Shown: positions 26,872 to 32,000 of the stretch, piece after piece
Position numbering within the stretch: position 1 is the first letter of the stretch
Layout: every line of letters begins with the position of its first letter
Assembly: GCA_048938295.1 (NCBI GenBank)
Contig: JBHLMI010000013.1
Span: 1 to 32,000 of the forward strand
Length of the DNA stretch: 32,000 bases
Reading direction: 5' to 3'
From: Promethearchaeota archaeon
Lineage (GTDB): Archaea; Asgardarchaeota; Hermodarchaeia; Hermodarchaeales; Hermodarchaeaceae
Position numbers and translations under genes: made by a program
The notes under the pieces: model-generated
What the model saw: only the letters and a program-made list of their open reading frames with translations
The model's database searches: none
What the model was told of the DNA's origin: nothing

Positions 26872-27681
26872 TTAAGTATCAAGCCTTACTTGAGTTTTGT
26901 CTTCTGATGGAGGTTCTAACTCGATTTCAGGAGGACCTCCTTCTCGCTTCAAGAGCCAATAAGCCAGTATTAAGAAGATTATGGCAAAGACAGCGATGAG
27001 AACTTCAGCTAGAATTCCTGCAAGAATTGGATCCAGGAAAGGGTAGAGAACAAACTGTAGAATCATTATGGGAATGAAGTCGAATAGAAAGTGACTAAGA
27101 ATCGCACCGAATGCAAAGAGGAATCGCTTATGCCACACGGCTAAAGCTACAAGAATCGTCGCAGAAACATGTAAGACAATGGCGGTGTTCCGTTCAAATG
27201 CCCCAAGGATGAAACTGAAAATCATCTGGGATTCTGATGGCAACGTGACTATTGTGGCAAGCCACTCGTAGAGAAACCCGTAAGTAAGCACTGTTACAAC
27301 ATATAGTAAGATAGCTTCAGATAATCCCCACCCTAAGCCAAAACACAATGCATGTTTTACTGTTTTAACAAAAGCGGGATATTTCCTCAGGAACCCGTAT
27401 TTGATCCCTTCTTCAAACAACCCGGCCATTAAGGCACCTAAGAAGAATAGGATGACAATTAGTACCACATAGAATGATGAAAGCAAGGGAAGCAGTCCGA
27501 GTTGTAATATGATGAGAATCGGTTCCCGTGCAAGCAGAGCTAAGAACCAAAAGACTCCGCCCAGAAGCGCTGAAATCCACATACTTCCTTTGAATCGAGC
27601 AACATACAGGAAAATGAGAAACGCAGGCAGGATGGCGATTAGGCTACAAACAATTGCTACAAGGATGAAAAGCAAGCTCAT
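26872..27681 (-). CDS. YhfC family intramembrane glutamic/metallo-protease
   Basis: Multi-TM protein with AGLFEEGIKY, FGLGWGLSEA, AFER...LH, H.LFD. Start is ATG 27681 or GTG 27747. Confidence 0.82.
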   Translation of the reverse strand: MSLLFILVAIVCSLIAILPAFLIFLYVARFKGSMWISALLGGVFWFLALLAREPILIILQLGLLPLLSSFYVVLIVILFFLGALMAGLFEEGIKYGFLRKYPAFVKTVKHALCFGLGWGLSEAILLYVVTVLTYGFLYEWLATIVTLPSESQMIFSFILGAFERNTAIVLHVSATILVALAVWHKRFLFAFGAILSHFLFDFIPIMILQFVLYPFLDPILAGILAEVLIAVFAIIFLILAYWLLKREGGPPEIELEPPSEDKTQVRLDT

Positions 27682-27759
27682 TTCAACACCCAACTCATCA
27701 ACTGCATTGTCCTTTGCTAAAAATCTGTAGGATGTAAAGGGAATCACACTTTTACTACT

Positions 27760-27913
27760 TTAAAGAGTGGTGAAATCCACGACATCCTCCCTTTCAAAAC
27801 GAAAAGATTTCGGACTTTTCCTTTCCGTTACGCTCGTCGCCGAGGCGCGTTTTGACCGAAACTTAACCAGGTTCCGACGCTTCTCCGCCCCGCACCTGCC
27901 CCTTGTTCAGGGG
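27760..27913 (-). ncRNA. Candidate structured RNA A (unassigned family)
   Basis: GC-rich intergenic stretch with several stems, a GCGA tetraloop and G-U pairs on the minus strand. Shares a colinear motif with element B. Confidence 0.4.
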
Positions 27914-28183
27914 AATTTCTTGATACGCTGGAAGGGGGCTTCATGTACGTGGATGTAGCCCTGCCGCATAATGACTGGTACGATACAATCCCAGTCGGGC
28001 ATAACTATGTATTCGATATCAAATGCATTAAACACCACAAGTAATTCTCAGCAAGAATGAGAGACTTCGTAAGAATTCCTCTTCGAATGATGTTCATTCT
28101 TCCCACAATTGAAAAGCCAATCACTTCTTTTCGGAAAACCCTTAAAGCAAAGATATAGCCCAAAACTGCCATAGGTGTATACT

Positions 28184-29440
28184 ATGGTAGACCACAAAGT
28201 GCGCGATCTCAGCCTAGCCGACCAAGGCCGAAAGAAAATCGATTGGGCCGAATCGCAAATGCCCGTGTTGATGGGCATCCGAAAACAATTCGCTAAAACC
28301 AAGCCTCTCGAAGGTTTTCGGATTTCTGGCTGTTTACACGTGACCAAAGAAACTGCGGTGCTAGTTGAAACCTTTGTAGCAGCAGGGGCTGAAGTTGCTT
28401 GGTGTGGCTGTAATCCACTCTCGACACAGGACGATGTGGCTGCAGCACTTGTTGCGAATGATGTGTCGGTGTTTGCCTGGCACAACCTGAATACGGAAGA
28501 ATACTACTGGTGTATCGACCAAGCCCTCAAGATTAATCCTCAACTAACCCTCGACGATGGAGCAGATCTCATTTTTACGGTGCACACAAAACAACCAAAT
28601 CTTGCCAAGAAAATCCTTGGCGCTTCAGAAGAAACCACCACCGGCGTCCACCGTCTGCGAGCAATGGCTGCTGATGGAAAACTCCAATACCCCGTTATTG
28701 CGGCGAACGATTCGGTGACGAAACATGATATGGATAATGTCTTCGGCACAGGACAGTCGGCACTTGATGGGGTCCTTCGGGCAACCAACATCTTGTTTGC
28801 TGGAAGCACCGTTGTGATCGGCGGATACGGTCACTGCGGGCGTGGACTTGCTTTGCGTGCACGCGGGATGGGTGCTGATGTCATCGTCACTGAAGTTGAC
28901 TACCTTCAAGCTTTGAAAGCGCGGATGGAAGGTTATCGGGTCATGCCCATGATTGAAGCCGCTCCACTGGGAGACGTCTTTATTACCTCAACGGGAATGC
29001 GCGATGTCATTAGAAAGGAGCATTTCGCGGTCATGAAGGACCGAGCTATCCTAGCTAATGCGGGTCATTTCAACGTCGAAGTGAATGCTGAAGAATTGAC
29101 CAAGATGGCGAAAAAAGAACGGGTGATTCGCGAAAATAACCGTGAATATACATTGAAAGATGGGCGTCGGATCTACCTTCTCGCTGAAGGACGCCTAGTG
29201 AATCTGGCTGCGGCTGAAGGCCATCCTTCGTCGGTAATGGATTTGTCCTTCTCCAACCAGGTTTATGCCATGATTTACCTAAAGGACCATCACAAAGAAC
29301 TCTCCAATGAAGTCTACGTGCTCCCACGAGAAATCGATGAAACCATTGCTCGATTAAAACTGGAATCCATGGGCATCAGCATCGACCAGCTGACTCCCGA
29401 ACAACAACGGTATCATCAGGATTATGCCGAAGGCACTTAA
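28184..29440 (+). CDS. ahcY: S-adenosylhomocysteine hydrolase
   Basis: GCLHVTKET, CNPLSTQDD, DDGAD, EETTTG, FGTGQS, GYGHCGRG, NAGHFNVE, GRLVNLAAAEGHP. AGGTG RBS before ATG 28184. Confidence 0.97.
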   Translation: MVDHKVRDLSLADQGRKKIDWAESQMPVLMGIRKQFAKTKPLEGFRISGCLHVTKETAVLVETFVAAGAEVAWCGCNPLSTQDDVAAALVANDVSVFAWHNLNTEEYYWCIDQALKINPQLTLDDGADLIFTVHTKQPNLAKKILGASEETTTGVHRLRAMAADGKLQYPVIAANDSVTKHDMDNVFGTGQSALDGVLRATNILFAGSTVVIGGYGHCGRGLALRARGMGADVIVTEVDYLQALKARMEGYRVMPMIEAAPLGDVFITSTGMRDVIRKEHFAVMKDRAILANAGHFNVEVNAEELTKMAKKERVIRENNREYTLKDGRRIYLLAEGRLVNLAAAEGHPSSVMDLSFSNQVYAMIYLKDHHKELSNEVYVLPREIDETIARLKLESMGISIDQLTPEQQRYHQDYAEGT

Positions 29441-29569
29441 CCAACGGATATCTGCTCAACACGAGGACTTTTCAACCAGTGCCAGGGTTAATAGCAGCTA
29501 ATCCTTTTTAGCCAGTTCGGACCACTGAAGGTCAAGAACTTTTACTTCGGAGGCTAGTCAAACCGGGTT

Positions 29570-29828
29570 CACTTCACAGGTAGGGTGGGACACCTATAAA
29601 AGCCGCAAACGCGCTAGGTGTGGCTGGTCGCCGCGAGTTGCGTGGAGACCCTAAACGCCTGGTCCGCGAGGCGGGAGGTGACAGCCCCTTTGGGGCAGTG
29701 CCCGTCGATGACGCAGGAACCGAACACCACCTTTGGCGTGTCCGAGGTGGGTAAGTTTCGGACAACGGTACTGTAATCCTTCACAACTAGTTGCTGGTGG
29801 ATTCGGATTGGCAGATGTTAAACCGTTC
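29570..29828 (+). ncRNA. Candidate large structured RNA B / structured leader of the creatininase gene
   Basis: At least 9 nested or consecutive stems with plus-strand G-U pairs. Possible BRE/TATA (AAGAACTTTTA) at about 29534-29544. Ends 1 nt before ATG 29829. Confidence 0.55.
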
Positions 29829-30587
29829 ATGCTCGGGAAGCTGACCTGGGAGGAAGCTAAAGCGCTCTTCGAAGAAACGGAGATTGCTATCATACCTGTT
29901 GGCTCCCAAGAACAACATGGCCCAGCTCTCCCTCTCGATAATGATGCATTTCAAGCCCAGGAATTTGCCATTCGTGTCGCGGAGGCGCTGTGGCCAAAAA
30001 TCAAAACCGCTGTTACTCCCCTGATTTCTTATGGGGTGTCTCCGCATCACATGCCCTTCGCAGGAACTATTACGTTGAGTGGCGACACTTTCATTAATCT
30101 CATCGTGGATGTGGGAAAAAGCCTAGCTAAACATGGTGTGAAAAAAATCATTGTCATGAACAGCCATGGAGGAAATACTGCTGCCCTTTCCCTCGCTTTA
30201 CGGAGACTACACGATGAAGAGGGCTTATGGTGCGTAGGACTCGAGTGGTGGAAAATCACTGGCGATTTGGTTCAAGAAATCTTTGAACCACCGCATTTCC
30301 ATGCTGATGAAATGGAAACATCAGCAGCTTGGGCATTGGGGCAACGCGTATTAGAAGACAAGCGGGTCGACGAGCCGGGACGTGAACCTGTTCCAGGATT
30401 TTCGAAAGCAACCATGTTTCCTCCACAACCGCATATCATGCCTGTCTGGGATACCACAGATCTCACTGATTCAGGAACCATCGGATATGCGACTCGAGCT
30501 AGCCCGGAGAAGGGACAAAAAGTCGTGGATGAAGCAGTGAAACGGATGGTCGCCTTTATAGAGAAAGCAGTGACCTACGTGAAGTAA
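29829..30587 (+). CDS. Creatininase / creatinine amidohydrolase (MftE-like) family protein
   Basis: MLGKLTWEE, PVGSQEQHGPALP..ND, NSHGGN, HADEMETS, G.IG..TRASPEKG. The track's upstream start at 29733 lies inside the structured element. Confidence 0.9.
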   Translation: MLGKLTWEEAKALFEETEIAIIPVGSQEQHGPALPLDNDAFQAQEFAIRVAEALWPKIKTAVTPLISYGVSPHHMPFAGTITLSGDTFINLIVDVGKSLAKHGVKKIIVMNSHGGNTAALSLALRRLHDEEGLWCVGLEWWKITGDLVQEIFEPPHFHADEMETSAAWALGQRVLEDKRVDEPGREPVPGFSKATMFPPQPHIMPVWDTTDLTDSGTIGYATRASPEKGQKVVDEAVKRMVAFIEKAVTYVK

Positions 30588-30594
30588 TTGGGTT

Positions 30595-31101
30595 TTAGAT
30601 GATTTCTTGTGCTGTGGCGGGAGCACCAAGGTCTTTGCTTCGAATTCCCCAAATACCGGCGATAAGTCCAAAAATGGGAGCCAGAAATCCTAGGAATAGT
30701 GTAGCAAAATTTCGTGTAAACACGAAGGCAATAGTAACGCCCACAAAGCTTGTAAGGAGACCGATGATGGAGATAACTAAAATTATAGCGCTACCGATCC
30801 GTCGATTAAGGAAGTACACGATACTGGCCCCGATTAGCAGGATAACCGAAAACACAATGTACCATCCGACTAACCCCGATACCATCTGCAGCATGTAAAT
30901 GTTCATGAAAGAGAAAGGATTGTAAGGGTCATAAGGGACCGAGACCTGTGGCAGTACGGTAAGCAGTTGATAGACTTGGAAGACATTGAACAGGCACGCC
31001 AGCAAAACCATTGCCGGTTCACGAAGCGGGCGATCTGGATTACCCTTTACTAGTTCGCTAATCGGGGTCGTTTTTTCTGAAAACAGACTTTCCACCTCCA
31101 T
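30595..31101 (-). CDS. Hypothetical membrane protein (about 4 TM)
   Basis: 168-aa ORF with four hydrophobic stretches. Start uncertain. Confidence 0.7.
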   Translation of the reverse strand: MEVESLFSEKTTPISELVKGNPDRPLREPAMVLLACLFNVFQVYQLLTVLPQVSVPYDPYNPFSFMNIYMLQMVSGLVGWYIVFSVILLIGASIVYFLNRRIGSAIILVISIIGLLTSFVGVTIAFVFTRNFATLFLGFLAPIFGLIAGIWGIRSKDLGAPATAQEII

Positions 31102-31194
31102 TAGAGCTAAAAAGCTCTACGAGGTTTCTGGGCGTACCAGACCTTAAAGCTTTTATGTGTTTACTTAGAAGAATGCATTGAGTAGGGACTTGGT

Positions 31195-32000
31195 GTGTAT
31201 CGGTACGCAATACGTCGAACAACCCGGAATAAAAAGCTGTTTCTGGCAATATTAATCGGGGTCACAATAGCCACATCCCTTTTTGCAGCTGCCAACATCG
31301 GCGCTAACTCTTTAGTAGGCGCGATGCTTGACGAAATTTTGGGTAGCGTAACCGTGGATATGCATTGGCGGACTTGGAGTTGGGGAACAATTCCGTCAGC
31401 CTCCTCTTTCGCCAATATTCGGCAGCAAGTTGAAAGCATCGAAAATGTGCAATTTACAGAAACCATGATACGGAACACGAATGCCACGTATGTTGCCCCC
31501 GATATGGAATTTATTATGACATGTGGAGTACAAGGTAACTCCAGTATTTATGATGGTGTTACTCTGATTTCTGGAACTTTAGCCCTTGGTGCCAATGAAA
31601 CCCTCATCACCACAAGTTCATCACGCATAAGCGAGTATCCAATCGGAAGCAACTATTCGACGAGTATCCATGTCTGGACTGACTCTCCAGAAGATATTAC
31701 AGTCAACCTTACTCTCAAGGTTGTAGGCCATGTTGAACTCAGCACATCCGCCCGAGACACCCTTATGGTTGATCCACCTTTCTACTATTGGGGGTATGAA
31801 TACGAAAGCTGGCTAGAACAGCATGCTACCTTCTTTATAACCGACGTTGAAGCAACTTTCTTACCACTCTATGACTGGGCTTCAGTCCAACCGGACGCCC
31901 AAGAACTTGAGCTTGATCCATTCACGCTAATCTTTGTCAACCGGGCAGCCCTCATCAATCCCTATAACGTCCAAGTCTCCATGCAAAATCTACAACAAAT
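31195..32000 (+). CDS. FtsX/MacB-like ABC transporter permease, 5' part (runs off the window)
   Basis: GTG start; MYRYAIRRTTRNKKLFLAILIGVTIATSLFAAANIG (basic amphipathic helix + TM1), then an extracellular domain with N-x-S/T sites. The frame stays open to the window end. Confidence 0.8.
   Translation, partial: MYRYAIRRTTRNKKLFLAILIGVTIATSLFAAANIGANSLVGAMLDEILGSVTVDMHWRTWSWGTIPSASSFANIRQQVESIENVQFTETMIRNTNATYVAPDMEFIMTCGVQGNSSIYDGVTLISGTLALGANETLITTSSSRISEYPIGSNYSTSIHVWTDSPEDITVNLTLKVVGHVELSTSARDTLMVDPPFYYWGYEYESWLEQHATFFITDVEATFLPLYDWASVQPDAQELELDPFTLIFVNRAALINPYNVQVSMQNLQQ

Noticed and set aside
27943-28044. 33-aa plus-strand ORF MYVDVALPHNDW...
   Set aside because: In-register antisense of the more protein-like minus frame, with no motif.
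28053-28101. AAGAATGA/TCATTCTT hairpin as an Asgard/eukaryote-like SECIS
   Set aside because: The helix after AUGA is too short to form the canonical GA/GA quartet geometry, and ahcY has no in-frame TGA.
28150-28161. AAGATATAGCCC resembles the group I intron S element (AAGAUAUAGUCC)
   Set aside because: No matching R element or P7 partner upstream. It lies where the ahcY promoter is expected.
28048-28485. 145-aa minus-strand ORF in the track
   Set aside because: Mostly antisense to the ahcY 5' end. Only its last codons are discussed, in the interrupted-frame finding.
1-32000. tRNA, rRNA, CRISPR arrays, transposases, integrases, reverse transcriptase
   Set aside because: No T-loop/cloverleaf signatures, regularly spaced repeats, or catalytic motifs (DDE, tyrosine recombinase, YADD) were seen by eye.

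Overview
Gene-dense archaeal chromosomal window, probably from an Asgard archaeon. Evidence: a longin-like protein, TackOD1 and B-box Zn-finger proteins, an archaeal ATP-dependent ligase, GGTGA/GAGGTG ribosome-binding sites and TATA-type promoters. The taxonomy is inferred. Most genes are metabolic or repair housekeeping: superoxide reductase, RNase HI, PolX, DNA ligase, YyaL, a methyltransferase, DUF302, NikR, a 2-oxoacid:ferredoxin oxidoreductase, a Hbd-Crt-thiolase-DUF35 operon, Fpg, YhfC, AhcY, a creatininase-family enzyme and an FtsX-like permease. I found no tRNA, rRNA, CRISPR array, transposase or integrase. Three things stand out. (1) A translationally coupled operon (966-4219, minus strand) joins an opine dehydrogenase to a single-chain B12-dependent enzyme resembling fused glutamate mutase S+E with altered substrate residues, followed by two micro-proteins. 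It lies opposite a divergent wHTH regulator, with a 16-bp-periodic operator array and a switch-like structured leader in between. (2) Two intergenic GC-rich structured elements flank ahcY (27760-27913 minus; about 29570-29828 plus). They share a colinear motif and stem architecture that I cannot assign to a known RNA family. (3) A longin-TackOD1-SHOCT fusion protein. All family assignments come from motif recognition by eye; no searches were run.
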